64,000 nt of DNA from Cladosporium halotolerans (GCF_011745625.1 NW_027191487.1:1-64000); one strand, 5' to 3'; counted from the first letter of the stretch, positions 1 through 11,489 are shown. Notes: generated from the sequence alone by a model not told the origin. Made by a program: numbers and translations.

Positions 1-97
1 CTGATTGCTGATTGATTTCTGATTGAGCGCCCACCTGACTGATTTGATTCCTGATTGAGCTTCACCTGATTCTGAATATTCAAGATTCAAGATCTAT
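1..97. repeat. Short-repeat array (CTGATT x6), candidate transposon terminus; runs off the window edge
   Basis: CTGATT occurs at 1, 8, 19, 39, 51 and 66. CTGATTGAGC..CACCTGA is duplicated and TTCAAGA is tandem at 79-92. The array directly abuts the point where permease homology stops. Confidence 0.6.
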
Positions 98-743
98 GTG
101 CCAAGGCTGGATAACATATTCCGGAGATCCAAGTACAGCGAGGCCAAGTATGAGTCCCGCCTTTCCAATATGATCAGAATAGAGGTAACGGACGTAACGG
201 TGCTTTGTCTGCTTACCACGGAGAATGAGACTCCTGCAAGGAAGGTCTGCCATCCGAGTGTAATGAGCCATCCGGTGACGTAGCTGAGGAACTTTTGCCA
301 TTTTGGGGGAGCCAACTCTGACACCCAATGATACTGTCCTGTTTTCTCGTCAGAGTCTTGAAGGTCCCTATCGTCTGGCACGGCCTTCGTTTACCTCCAG
401 CCGTGGGGCTCATCGACGAGACCTCTGCCAAGCTTGCATACACCGGCAGTAGTACGAACGGGCTGAGGAGAATCCCCCAGAAGACGGCAGGCGTGCCGCC
501 ATTGGTGAGTCCAAAGGGTGCAACGATCAGCACAAACTCCCAAGCAACCATGACAGTGCTGGCAAAGCCTAACATGGTGGAGAATCTGAATTGGCGTCTG
601 AGCACTTGCTTTTTTCCCAACATCCTCATGTCATGTCGATCATATTGGGTGCCTTCATAACGTTTGCCCACTCGGCTAGATTGAGCAGTGTGTCCGCTTG
701 GTGACTTCTCGGCCTCCATAGTTGAATGTGCATGGTTCGACAT
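80..743 (-). pseudogene. Amino-acid/GABA/choline permease (APC family), 5' part only, truncated
   Basis: ATG at 743. Three exons give LRRQFRFSTMLGF, ASLAEVSSMSPTAGG|QYHWVSELAP, GWLITLGWQ and YVIQPWH. The frame then enters the repeat and stops at 80-82, with no GT donor nearby. Confidence 0.7.
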
Positions 744-1915
744 GATGCGAAGGATTGGGGCACAGAAGCGCAATGAGAGAAAAACAGCCGTCGAGAGTGG
801 CTTGCGCAGAAGAATTGATGCATGCAACGATCGAAAAGGGACGTACACCACTCGCCAAGACTGAGGACAATCTTCAACGCATTCATGAAGGCGAGCGTGC
901 ACAGGCGTGGGCTCCGCTCGGGAGCGACACCCGAGGCGCCGTATGGCTCGCGACCAAATGGCATCACCTCGTTTGCAGTAGTGTCATGTATGACAAGCCC
1001 CGGCCTCCAGCGTCAGCGCGAGAGCTCGGTTGCCGATCAACTGCGTGGAAGGTGAATGACACCTTGGCTCCGAAAGTTGCGCTTCCCGCCCGGAGATGGC
1101 TTGCAATTATGTACGATCATGAGAGAGAGCAGCCTTTCGCCCAAGCCTGTAGCGATAGTTCGAATTTTCAAGGACGATACCTGATGCTGCCGCTACAGAT
1201 CAAGCTCGTTCAAGCATGCAGGCAGCATGCGGACGCGAGATTGCGCCATATCTGGTAGACCCACATTTCGACCGGCTTCTTTCAAGCGAGCACAAGGCCA
1301 GCGTCGTCTCTGAACGATCAGGGCGGCTGCAAGCGCTAATGAGGAGCGAACGAGCGAAGGATTAGGCAAAGTGAACTAAAGCGACATGGGGCTGCGTTCA
1401 GATCCCGCGAGGAAGACGGCGACGCCCCGTGCCGAACGTCCGCCCTCCTGACGGCTCTTTTCCACAAATGTAGACACTCGTCCGAGCGAAATTCATTCTC
1501 ACGTCTAGCGCCCATCTTTCCGCTTCATTGGTTCCGATGCAGCATTGTATAACTACCAAAACTTGTCCACGGTCCAGCTACATCATTTATGCTTGGCTCC
1601 ACAAGGACTTCCGAGGTCTGTCTGTCTGTCTGTCGGGAGGATCAGCGGCTCAACGGGCAAGGGTCCCGCGCGAGCAAGGATGCCCACTAGCGATATTGTT
1701 CAAGACCCTCTCCACCAGACGCGCGATGCCATATGTGGTGTCACACGACTTGGCTACTCATCACGTCTTGACAGACCACAGCGCCGCCTCCTAGAAAATC
1801 GATCTCTGGGCGATGTTGCTGCTCACCGCGGATCTAAACATGCCTTCTTTCGTCCCAATAGGTTTTGACACACTTTTTCGTGGTTCCCCGCCTACTAAGT
1901 GCTCACAAATCGTTG

Positions 1916-3243
1916 ATGAGTGCCCTCCAAATTATGCAAGAAGTGCCACCGGGACAAGCGGCACCGTTTGTGCATGCTAGCGAAGAAGACCATCGCGATC
2001 GAGTCATCATATCAGCTGCAATCGGTGTCTCGTTCGTGCTTTTGGCTCTGGTGTCGAGGGTCATTGTGAGAAAATCAATCGTGCTGAGATGGGGGCTGGA
2101 AGACAGCGCTATTGTGCTTTCGAGTGTGAGCAATTGACATAGGCGCAAGTCTTTCGGCATAAGCTGATGCACAGGACAGGTCCTTCACTTGATTCAGTCG
2201 TCTCTGGTGATGATAGCTAGTGCCAACGGTCTGGGTGCTTCGGTCACATCTTATGCACCAGAGCAGACGAAGTTTCTACAGAAGGTGAGCTTAGAACGCT
2301 TCCCGCACGAGTTCATCTGATTGAAATTTTCAAGACCTATTACGCCAGTAACATCCTTTACGTCTTGGCTCTTGATATGTCGAAGATAGCAAGCGCTTTG
2401 CTCATACACCGTTTGACAACGCGCGACAGCCACGTGCGGCGATATAGCAGTCTGGTAGTAATCATACTCCCAGTGTTAACCATCGCTTTCACTCTTTCGA
2501 CTTCATTGCAATGCAACCTTGCAAGGCCTTGGCTTTTCGTAGGACAAACTTGCCCGCATTGGGTGTGTTTCTTCAGAACAATTTGTAATGTGGCATTGCT
2601 GACCGAACACAGTTTCTCCGTTGGAAATTCCATGCCGCCATTGCCTGCATCGCGGAATTTGCAATATTCATTGGTCCGCTGTGGATAGTGTGGCATCTTC
2701 AAGTTCCAATGCCGGTTAAGACAGACATCGTCACGCCATTCGCTCTTCGCTTGCTGTACGCTCGCTTGTTTCCCGTCAGAACTTCCGAAGATCATTGACC
2801 AACACATTCGCAGAATCATAGTACTCACTGGTCTCCGCATGCAAAGTTTCGATCAACAAGGCTTTGCGACAAAGCCTACTTTGGCTGAAGCCGAGTACGT
2901 GGCCTGGACGCAATGGGAACTCACGTTCTCGGTACTTGCCACTATCTTCCCCTCCACACGCAAGTCGTTTCTGAACCTGGTGACATACTACAACAGTGGA
3001 CACTATGCACAGAAAACAGCTTCCACAATGCCGTATGGACCCGCAGATGAGAGCATTCCCATGAAGACGTTCACGGACAGAGGTGCAAGCAGCGGTAGGA
3101 TTCTTCAACAAATTGGTGAGGATGAAGAGGATGATCATGGAAGCGAGACTTTGATCATCCAGCGAAGGAGGTCGTTTGCAGTGACAATCGATGATCCGGG
3201 TGAAAGTGACCTGGCTGTTCTTGGACCCCGTGTGGATCCGTGA
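1916..3243 (+). CDS. PTH11-like (rhodopsin-domain) integral membrane protein without a CFEM domain, multi-exon
   Basis: Spliced hydrophobic segments read VSRVIVRK..WGLEDSAIVLS, ANGLG, YYASNILYVLALDMSK, LQCNLARPW, IVWHLQVP and WTQWELTFSVLAT. This pattern is typical of the PTH11-like 7TM family. Confidence 0.75.
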
Positions 3244-3417
3244 CAGGCACTTGAAACTGACGGCATTTGAAATGCTTGACTGCAAGGACTACTTTTACTT
3301 GTACTGTAAATGACAACCTTCCCTTCCTAGCACCAAGCGTTGCATCATTCCCAATTATAATCGACCTGTCTTTCCACCAAGCTCCAAAACTTGCGACACC
3401 AAGACTTCTCTGCTTTC

Positions 3418-5565
3418 TTAAAAAAGAAGTTCTTGGTGAGGGTAGTTATGCTCCTGCTCATGCGCACGCAGCACTTGGTCAGTCTTGTCTTGACTCGCAT
3501 CGAGATGCTTTTTCGGCGTGATCAAGATGGTCTTTGCAATACTTGGCGTGCCAAACTCATCCATGACAAAGAACATCCAGTGGCCGGGAATGAGGACGCC
3601 CGGATCTTTCGGCAGCGTCACTTCGGCGATGGGGTAGGGCGCGTCAAAGAACTTATCTTCAACCTCAAGGGGAACGCGACGCTGGTCCGTATTGACGGTA
3701 TGGCTTGCACTGGAAATTCGAACCAGAGAAGCGGTCTCGACTCGATTGGTTGTCATGAACCGGATGGTACCCCCAGGGCTTGCTTTTCGAGGTATGCTCG
3801 ATCGGAAAGTAGGCCTCTTCCGCTCCTGACCCGTCTCGGTCAATAGGTAAGGAGGGGTATAGATCTGAGCGTCATAATGGTTCGCTGAGCAATTGCCGCA
3901 GAGACCGCCGCCTCCAGTCAGAACTCGGCCATCAGGCACCAAAATAGAGACGGAGTGGTAGACTCGGATCATGTTGTTTTTCTGTAGCTGCTGGAAAGTG
4001 TTTGTTTCAGGATCGTACAGCTCCGGCGTGAACTGTACATTTTCCTCGTTGAAGGCAATTCCGAATGTTTGCCCACCGTGGATGAACACTTTCCCATCTG
4101 GAAGGACCACGGACGTGTGAAAGACTCGATCAACGTGCATCTGGCCATCTTTGCCTGCCGGTTGCACGTCCGGCTTCCCTAGAGCGTCGCCCAAGGTAAT
4201 CACATGAGCGTTGGCGTGTGCCGGAGATTTATCGTAATCCGGAGAGCCACCGAACGTAAGAATCTTTCCTTCCACAGCATCAAACATGACGGCATTTCCC
4301 GACATTGAATCTTCATCTTCCAAGCGGATGCCGGCAGAGTGAACGTCACCCTCGCCTTCCACGGTGTACCAGTTCATGCTCACGCTGCGACCTGCCTGGA
4401 AGACGGTGTTATTCTTCCATCCAAAGAGCCAGCCATGATTGTCTGCCCTCCATGGGCCCTCCATGTCGTCAGTAAGCATCGGTCCAACCTTAGCACCAGG
4501 CAGAGGTGTCCACCTCTTGCTGCTCGGGTCATAAACCTCTCCGTTCTTCTCAATATTGGAGCCACCTGCCCAGGAGCCACCGATGACAAAAACGCGGCCA
4601 TCGGACAACGTCGTCTGAGCCTGGTACCCTCTCTCCGTATTCATAGCCTCAGCTGGCTCCCAAAGATCGCTTGTCGCGTTGAAAAGGCTCGTTTGGGCTG
4701 CGTCGTTGCCACCTGTGACAACCATATTGCCCGTGCCGTCAATCGCAATGCCAGGGCAAAACATGTCGTGGTGAGTATCGGTCACCACCCTTTTTGAGAC
4801 CGTGTTGGTCCTGAAGTCCCAGCGAGACATAGCCGTCTTTCCGCCAGGCGTGGAGTGGAATTCGTCTTCGTCCCATGAAGACCACAGCATTACCTGGCCC
4901 GTTGCCTCTTGCGCGCCGGCTGCAGGCACAACGGGAAGGTCCAGCGTAGGGCCCCATGCTCCTAATTTGGGATCCTGCGCAATGGTGTAGAGGTTTGCGT
5001 ACACATTGAGCTCAGAGATTCCGACCCAGGAAGAATGTTCCTCATTAGACCGAGCCACAAGACGCATGTATCGAGCTGAGGTAGGCTCGAAGGCTGCAAC
5101 ACGCTGCCTGTTGGTGGTGGGCCACATACCGTATGCAACGGGCTGGCCCCAGTGCTCAGCGTCGTTGCTGAGGTAGATCTCATGCTCAGTTATAAGGCCG
5201 CATTCGCTCTTCAAATCGATAGGCGGGAGCACAACCACTGCGCCTACAGCGTAATGATCACGGAGGTCGACGGTTATGTTTTGAGTATCCGAGAAGCCCT
5301 CGCTCTTCCATGCGGTGGTGTTGGTCCCATCGATGGCGTTCTGGCAAGTATTCTCGCCGCTGCTGCAGGTCAGAAGCCATTTTTCACGGCCCACGCGGAT
5401 GCCATTGACAGGTCTGGACTGGTCGTTGAAAATTGGCTCCCAGGAGGGTTTGTCATAGACACCATAGCCAGAAACAACACGCTCACCGCGCATTGCCTCT
5501 TTCAAGTAGGTATGCCCCGCGCTTGCGGACCCGACAAGGGCTGCATTGGCCCATCGCATCCTCAT
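3418..5565 (-). CDS. Galactose oxidase-like copper radical oxidase (CAZy AA5_2) with N-terminal CBM32/F5-8 type C domain
   Basis: The likely ATG is at 5565 (MRMRWANAALVGSASAG, signal-like). Motifs: NAIDG..TAW (CBM32), HDMFCPG (Cys of the Cys-Tyr cofactor), RGYQ (Tyr), GGSW, RVYHS (Tyr/His ligands), GGGGLCGNC and HTVNTDQRR (His ligand). The gene is intronless. Confidence 0.93.
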   Translation of the reverse strand: MRMRWANAALVGSASAGHTYLKEAMRGERVVSGYGVYDKPSWEPIFNDQSRPVNGIRVGREKWLLTCSSGENTCQNAIDGTNTTAWKSEGFSDTQNITVDLRDHYAVGAVVVLPPIDLKSECGLITEHEIYLSNDAEHWGQPVAYGMWPTTNRQRVAAFEPTSARYMRLVARSNEEHSSWVGISELNVYANLYTIAQDPKLGAWGPTLDLPVVPAAGAQEATGQVMLWSSWDEDEFHSTPGGKTAMSRWDFRTNTVSKRVVTDTHHDMFCPGIAIDGTGNMVVTGGNDAAQTSLFNATSDLWEPAEAMNTERGYQAQTTLSDGRVFVIGGSWAGGSNIEKNGEVYDPSSKRWTPLPGAKVGPMLTDDMEGPWRADNHGWLFGWKNNTVFQAGRSVSMNWYTVEGEGDVHSAGIRLEDEDSMSGNAVMFDAVEGKILTFGGSPDYDKSPAHANAHVITLGDALGKPDVQPAGKDGQMHVDRVFHTSVVLPDGKVFIHGGQTFGIAFNEENVQFTPELYDPETNTFQQLQKNNMIRVYHSVSILVPDGRVLTGGGGLCGNCSANHYDAQIYTPPYLLTETGQERKRPTFRSSIPRKASPGGTIRFMTTNRVETASLVRISSASHTVNTDQRRVPLEVEDKFFDAPYPIAEVTLPKDPGVLIPGHWMFFVMDEFGTPSIAKTILITPKKHLDASQDKTDQVLRAHEQEHNYPHQELLF

Positions 5566-7007
5566 GGTGCAGTCGAAGATTATGAGTTCACCTCCTGGCT
5601 GAAAAGAAAATCGGAAGGGTAAATGGGCAAGACGAGTCCCGAATCTTTGACTGTAGGGCACCGCATCTTTTTGGTGCACGCCGATAGCTCTCTATATACC
5701 CTTCGCTCCCGCCAGACACGGGAACGATGGTCTAAGAGCATGCTGCCCACATGACGTGCCAAAAGATCAAGCAACATGGACGGGGCCCCATCTTGTGTGT
5801 TGTCTTCTTTGGGAAAGTGGAGGCTCGAGGGCTCATGATCGCTGAGACCGTGGGGCAGGGTGACATGAGTGTATCCCAAGATCGACCCAGGCGGTGGAAC
5901 GGAAGGTATATTAGACTGCAAAGACAAGACTGCAGGATCTTAGGTACGGGCCATGGGACGGGCCTTACTTCGGCATGCCGGCACGTCCGGCGCGCGCGGC
6001 AGGTGGGTCTGCGACCTGCCAGACCCACCACCAAGGAGCACAGCCGGGTCCACTTGCAACCCAAGTTGCGGATTGATCGCCAGTGCTTACCACGCATTGC
6101 ACGCTGCGATAGCATCCGCCATGACATTGTCGCTCATACTCTGCCAAGTCCCCGGTACGGATGGCAACCAGAAGCCACCACCGCTACTTTTGTCGTTCTG
6201 CGAACGCTGCAATACGATGTGAAGACCCCGCTGGCCAGGAGCACGCATGGAACTCCCAAGGTGATTGTAGCAGCTGTGGAATGCAAAGCCCAAGTCGCGG
6301 AGCAAACTCTCAGATCGCGACTCGTTACCAATCGGTGGGTGATGTGCTGTCAACCCAGATCAACCTCTCGCAGGCAAAAAGTGGAAGGTGCGCCCCTATA
6401 CCAGCGCTTCGGCTTGCCGCCGCTACCTTGTGCATAGGTCCCCCGACCGAAGGTGGGTCGAGAGATCACCAAGGCCCAAGCGCATCTCCTCATTGAGGTA
6501 ATTCCACTTTCGAGAGCATGCCCACGCACAAGGCCGTCACCAACGTCAATCATACCATCCAGGCCAGTGAGAGACAGTGGGAACCGCGGACGTACCCCAC
6601 TATACTATCCATGTTCTGGCTGCTTTCACATATCACCCTCGATTATGATATGAAGATATAGACAGCGACGGAAAACAAGGAACGTGAGAAACATCAGATG
6701 ACGTCGGTAGCCACTCGGACCACAGTCCCTCTGAGCGGTCTGTGACATTGCTGCAAGGTGGGTATACCAGACCGGACTAGTAGCGTCAGTGATCAGCCAG
6801 ACGGACATTGAGCAACGAAGCTGTTGCATGCTAGCCGAGCCACTGGACGCGCACATGATCGGATGCGACACAAGTTCCCCTAACGCGCGACGAGGTGGGA
6901 GGCCTTTGGTCAATTTAAGGGAGAGCTCCCTTTTACTTTGTCATCTTTTCCTTGTCTCGAGTACCAGGCTTTGCAGTCTAAGGTGCTTGAGTGGCATTGT
7001 TCGCAGC

Positions 7008-8927
7008 ATGGCATCTTCAATCATCAGGAAGGCAAACATCCAGGGCGACATCTGGTAAGTCAATGCCCGTTGAATGCAATTCTCGCCCTTCCAAGAAGCG
7101 CTGATACTGACTCCACACGAAACCAGGCCCGGGCTTCCCAAACGATTCCAGTCGTTCCTATTCTTCAACATACTCAAGCCGCAGGAGTTCAAAGATCGTC
7201 TGAAGAAGTTCGCCGTAGAAGGCAACATCACATCGGCCGCACAAGCATGTGAGATGAAAGACAAGATAGCGGCGGAGAAGAAGAAGAACGAGGCTAGCGG
7301 GAGCAAAGCACCATTGTTACCTCTCCCTGGCGTGAACATCGCCTTCTCATCCACTGGACTATACAAGGTAGGACCGTCGCATCAGCGCTTGACTGGTATA
7401 GCACTGACACCATGTTGCAATATCCAGCTTGGAAAGTTTGTGCAGTTCTCCGACCAAGAAGCCGTCAAAAGGGACCGTAAATTGTCAAAGCTCTTCCGGC
7501 AGCAGCAATTGCGCGGCGGGTTGTTCGAGAAAGGCATGTTCGACGACCTCGTAAACGAGGGTTGGGACAATCCGCAAGACATCCGGGAGCAGTACCACCC
7601 TGCAGGCCCGGATGGCAAAACGCGACTTATCGACGGCGTTCTCACGGTCACTTCCAGCGTTGAATCAGACATAGCAGAGCAGATTGAGCGCGTGAGCAAC
7701 ACGTTCGTCGAAGATGGTGTCGTCTCCTTGCCCTTGAAAAGGCATGGAAAGGTGCGTCCCGAGCCCTTCAAGGGCAAAGAACAGTAAGTTGAGCAACCCT
7801 TCGATTGAGAAAAGGCCCGCGCACTGATGCGCTCTCTCTCCCACAGCTTCGGGTTTGAAGACGGGATCAGCCAACCCCAAATCAAAGGTCTAGATGATCA
7901 AGGCACTCATAGCAAAAAGCTTGGAGAAAAGGAACCGAAGCACAGCGAGCCCGGGTAAGTTGAAAGCCTGCAACCACTGCTTTCCTAGCAGGCGATTGAC
8001 TTTTGCGATCGGCAGCTTGATCTTGTGCGGTCACCAAGGCGACCCAATGAACCAACCCAAATGGGCACAAGACGGCAGCTTCCTAGTCGTGCGGGATCTC
8101 CAGCAGATGGTTCCGGAGTTTGACTCGTAAGTGCACTCCACACCGGCTTTTCCCCAAAGATGCGATCTAACTAGCCGTCCAGATGGCTCGAGACCAATGC
8201 CAGCAATGCTCCTTTTACAGAAGGACACCCCAAGCCTGCCGAAAAGCTGGCCGCCTACCTGATGGGACGTTGGAAAAACGGCACGCCGGTCGACGAGAGC
8301 CCGCACAAAGACGACGACCCAGCCTTGTACAAGTCGAACAATTTCGACTACGAGCCTCGGGACAAGCACGATCGATGCCCGTTCGCCGCGCACACGCGGA
8401 AGATGAGGCCCAGGGCGGACCTCAGCCACGACCACGCAGTGATCATTCGGCGCGGCATCCCGTACGGCCCAGAAGTATCGGAGACGGAGAGATTGGAGAA
8501 GAAGTCGGAGGAGGACCGCGGGCTGCTGTTCACTTGCTACCAGAGCGACATCCGCAATGGCTTTAACTTCTTGACGACCCGTAAGAGCAACCTCAGCCAA
8601 ACATTAGCGCATCTCGTACCGGTACACAACTGACCGCAGGTATCTTCAGGCTGGGCAAGCAACCACCATTTTCCCGACCGCAAGCACAAATTCGTCGGCG
8701 CCGCAGGCCCAGGCATCGACGCCATCGTCGGGCAAAGACTCGACCACCACCCTCCGCGCTCTATTGGGTTGCCAGACGGCAAAGACCCGACGGAGCACCG
8801 CATGGAATTGGAGAGCTGGGTCGTCCACAAGGGTGGGGAGTATTTCTTTGCGCCATCGCTCGACGCAATCACGACCTACCTCACCGGGCCAGATGATTAC
8901 GATTTTGCGCCGTCGGCGAGACTTTAG
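7008..8927 (+). CDS. Dye-decolorizing (DyP-type) heme peroxidase, multi-exon
   Basis: Spliced product: NIQGDIW|PGLPK, EH|FGFEDGISQP (GXXDG), DGSFLVVRDLQQMVPEF, GRWKNGTP, CPFAAHTRKMRPR (proximal His), IIRRGIPYGPE (distal Arg), RGLLFTCYQS and GGEYFFAPS. It ends PSARL-TAG at 8925-8927. Confidence 0.92.
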
Positions 8928-9683
8928 AATAGTGCTAGGGGGCATCAAGCTTGCCACGATTCGATTGTAGCGCGCATTGCTCGAGACAGAATTTCTTATA
9001 CTAGAATGTATGTTGAATTGGACCTGCGAAAAGGGCCGCGCATCAGTGAATCTGCAAGCCAGGAGTTGCAGGTCCTTCGAGGATCCGAGCTTTGAAGCGG
9101 AGGTCGCGGTCCGTGCAGCCGCTGCGCAACGCGCTCCATCACCGGAGGCTACTGTAGTAGGTACCTAGGTAACATCGAATGGATGCACGTTTTGCTCAAT
9201 CGTCTGTCGTTTCTCACCTCAGTTACATTGACAACGAGCAGCTTTGATGGCGACATCATGTGTCATCAGTGGCCATCCGTTGGATTTGCTGAACACCAAC
9301 GGCTGCGGCGTGGTGTCGCCAAGGGGTTTTCGCGAAGTTTCCGATACTCGAAGCCTGGAGGCTCTAAACCTCAATGAGTAAACAAATGCATCACGGGCTC
9401 ATGGGAGACAAAAGACGAATTTGTTCAACAAGGTTCTTTTGGTTCTCGTGAGGTACATAAATTCAAGCCAAGCAGAAAGCTGACTAAAAAAAAGCAGAGG
9501 CTGGTGGCTCTGTTGTTATCATAAACCATGACCCCATCGTAAGCAAGATCAGCGAAGCAGCGACCAGCCGTCAAATCTCCAGGATAGATTGCTTCTCTGG
9601 ATTGAAAAAAGGTGTCTCCAAAAAAAAAGCGTGATCAAAAGAGATCAGAAGAGAAGTGAAGTGAAAGAAGTTTGCCAGCCAGT

Positions 9684-10265
9684 TCAAGGGCAGAAGACAA
9701 CCTTGAAGTCGGCCTTGCCTTTATAGCAGACGGTGTCAGCGGGCGAGCCGTCGGCAGTCTGGTCAGGGTTGGTCCAGCCCTGGGAGAGAGCACAGTCGCC
9801 AGGCGAGCAGACCTTGCTGGGGCACTCGTCATTGGGCTCGCCGTTGACGGTCGGGTAAACTGCGAGGCCGACATCCTCCTCGGAGCCCTCCATGAGAGAA
9901 AGGTTGTAAGCGGTGCCGTCCTGGCCGGCGTACTGGGAGTAGCCGAACTCGAAGAGAGCCTGGTTCTTCCACTGGCCGGCGGTGCCCCACTCGGCGTGGC
10001 CGGAGATGCGCATGCCAATGGCCTTGAAGTCGGCGGAGACGGTCTGGGTTCCGTTGCCGGGAATGCTGACGGGACTCATCTTCTCGAGCATTTGAAAGTC
10101 GCCAGTGATCTGGTACATGCCAAAGTGCTTCTCGGAGGAGCACTGGTTGCAGATCTCGATGTTGAAGGTATCGGAGCCGGAGCTGCGCTCAACGAACCTG
10201 TTGATGGGAGAGGCTGTTGCCGTCAAGGCGAACAGAGAGCTGAGGAGCCAGCCTGCGGTGTACAT
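9684..10265 (-). CDS. Small secreted thaumatin/osmotin-like protein
   Basis: Signal peptide MYTAGWLLSSLFALTATA. The motifs ICNQC, LFEF..AYNLSLMEG and terminal FKVVFCP resemble thaumatin-fold motifs. The protein has 7 Cys, and a TATAAG lies about 200 nt upstream. Confidence 0.7.
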   Translation of the reverse strand: MYTAGWLLSSLFALTATASPINRFVERSSGSDTFNIEICNQCSSEKHFGMYQITGDFQMLEKMSPVSIPGNGTQTVSADFKAIGMRISGHAEWGTAGQWKNQALFEFGYSQYAGQDGTAYNLSLMEGSEEDVGLAVYPTVNGEPNDECPSKVCSPGDCALSQGWTNPDQTADGSPADTVCYKGKADFKVVFCP

Positions 10266-11480
10266 TTTGGTGGTAGTGAATGTGGTGGTACTGTAAAGTG
10301 GTGGTGAAAGATCGTGTGGCGGTTGCCTTTTGCAGTACAACGGTGTCTAAAGAGTGACGATGCTCAAAAAAGAGTGACTAAAACGAGAAAACGAGTATAC
10401 CTTGGTCTCTGGATCAAAGCAGAAAGCATCCTGGCAGGGAGGCAGCGAGACGACAGTTCTTATAAGGCGGGAGGCGCGAACTCCCGGAGACGGGAAACGG
10501 CGTGTGAGCCACGCGTTGCCTTTTGCAAAGAGCAAACATCGGGTACCTGAGCGGATGTGTGCCTACTAGTCGAGCATAATTGCGACGGGCCAATTGAGGA
10601 TGGAGAGTGAAGCTGCCCTCGTGGGGCCTGCCGCTGTCAACACGCCTGTCGGAGAATTTACAGCTGACGTTGAGACGAGGCGTAGTCGGATTCGGCGGCA
10701 GAGCCACGCCATCAGCGGTACGCAGGCACGTTAGCACCTGTGAATTTTCGGGGCCGCTCCTCACGTGGAAGTTCTGGACCGGGGCAAAATCGGCAGGGGA
10801 AATGATCGAGACGGGAGAGAGTTCTTGGACCCTTCGGGACTGTCGCGTGCGCTGTGTGTGGCAGTAAGGTACGAAGAGCAGAAAAGAAGCCGGAAAAAAG
10901 ATGATATTTTCGACTTGCGCCGTCCCTCCCGTGAACCAGTGTTCTCTCTTGTTTCACCTCGTCGCACTTTGCGCAAGGCTGGCGTGATGCGCAACGGCGG
11001 TGCTCGCGTGAGCGCCAACGGGCGGGTACCTGGGCTAGCACCGCAGACCGAACCATTGCCTTGGCGAGCTGGGCGGCAGTCGAGTGGTGCGGAAGGTCTC
11101 GATGAGTGGAGTCGGGTGTTTGAGGTTGAGAGGTTCCAGACTTTCCAGACCACACATACGCGCGTCTGCCGCTCTGCCGCTGTCGACGGCCCCGCGTCGC
11201 CGTTCTGCCGCCCAGCCGGATCCCCCTCCAACGGCCGCCGCGAACGTTGATGGGCTGGAACGGCCGTGGCGGCACGTTTCACGACTGTTAGCATCCCATC
11301 GCTATCCGTGGTACGAAGGAAGCAAAAGAACCTTGAGGATCCGGGTCACTGGTAACCGACCACAAGGAAGGCCATTAATAAAAGAGTCACCGCACCTTAG
11401 TCGGGGTAGCGATGCGCATGTGGTCGACTTGTGTGGTCTTCCACGAGACGATCGCACGCCGGCGCTCTTTTGTTAATCTC

Positions 11481-11489
11481 TATTATAAA
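11481..11489 (+). promoter_or_regulatory. TATA-like element about 25-30 nt upstream of the 5S rRNA gene
   Basis: TATTATAAA at -30 to -22 relative to 11511. This is the position known for upstream TATA elements of dispersed 5S genes in filamentous ascomycetes. Confidence 0.55.

Noticed and set aside
6299..6306. TTTGCTC copper-response-like core (minus strand) between the oxidase and DyP
   Set aside because: It is a single imperfect site (followed by C, no partner site) and is expected by chance.
5751..6437. 228-aa ORF in the oxidase-DyP intergenic region
   Set aside because: It is Arg-rich with no domain features or codon bias. It most likely lies in promoter DNA.
10700..11300. Overlapping 160-187-aa ORFs upstream of the thaumatin-like gene
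   Set aside because: This is GC-rich promoter sequence with ORFs on both strands and no motifs.
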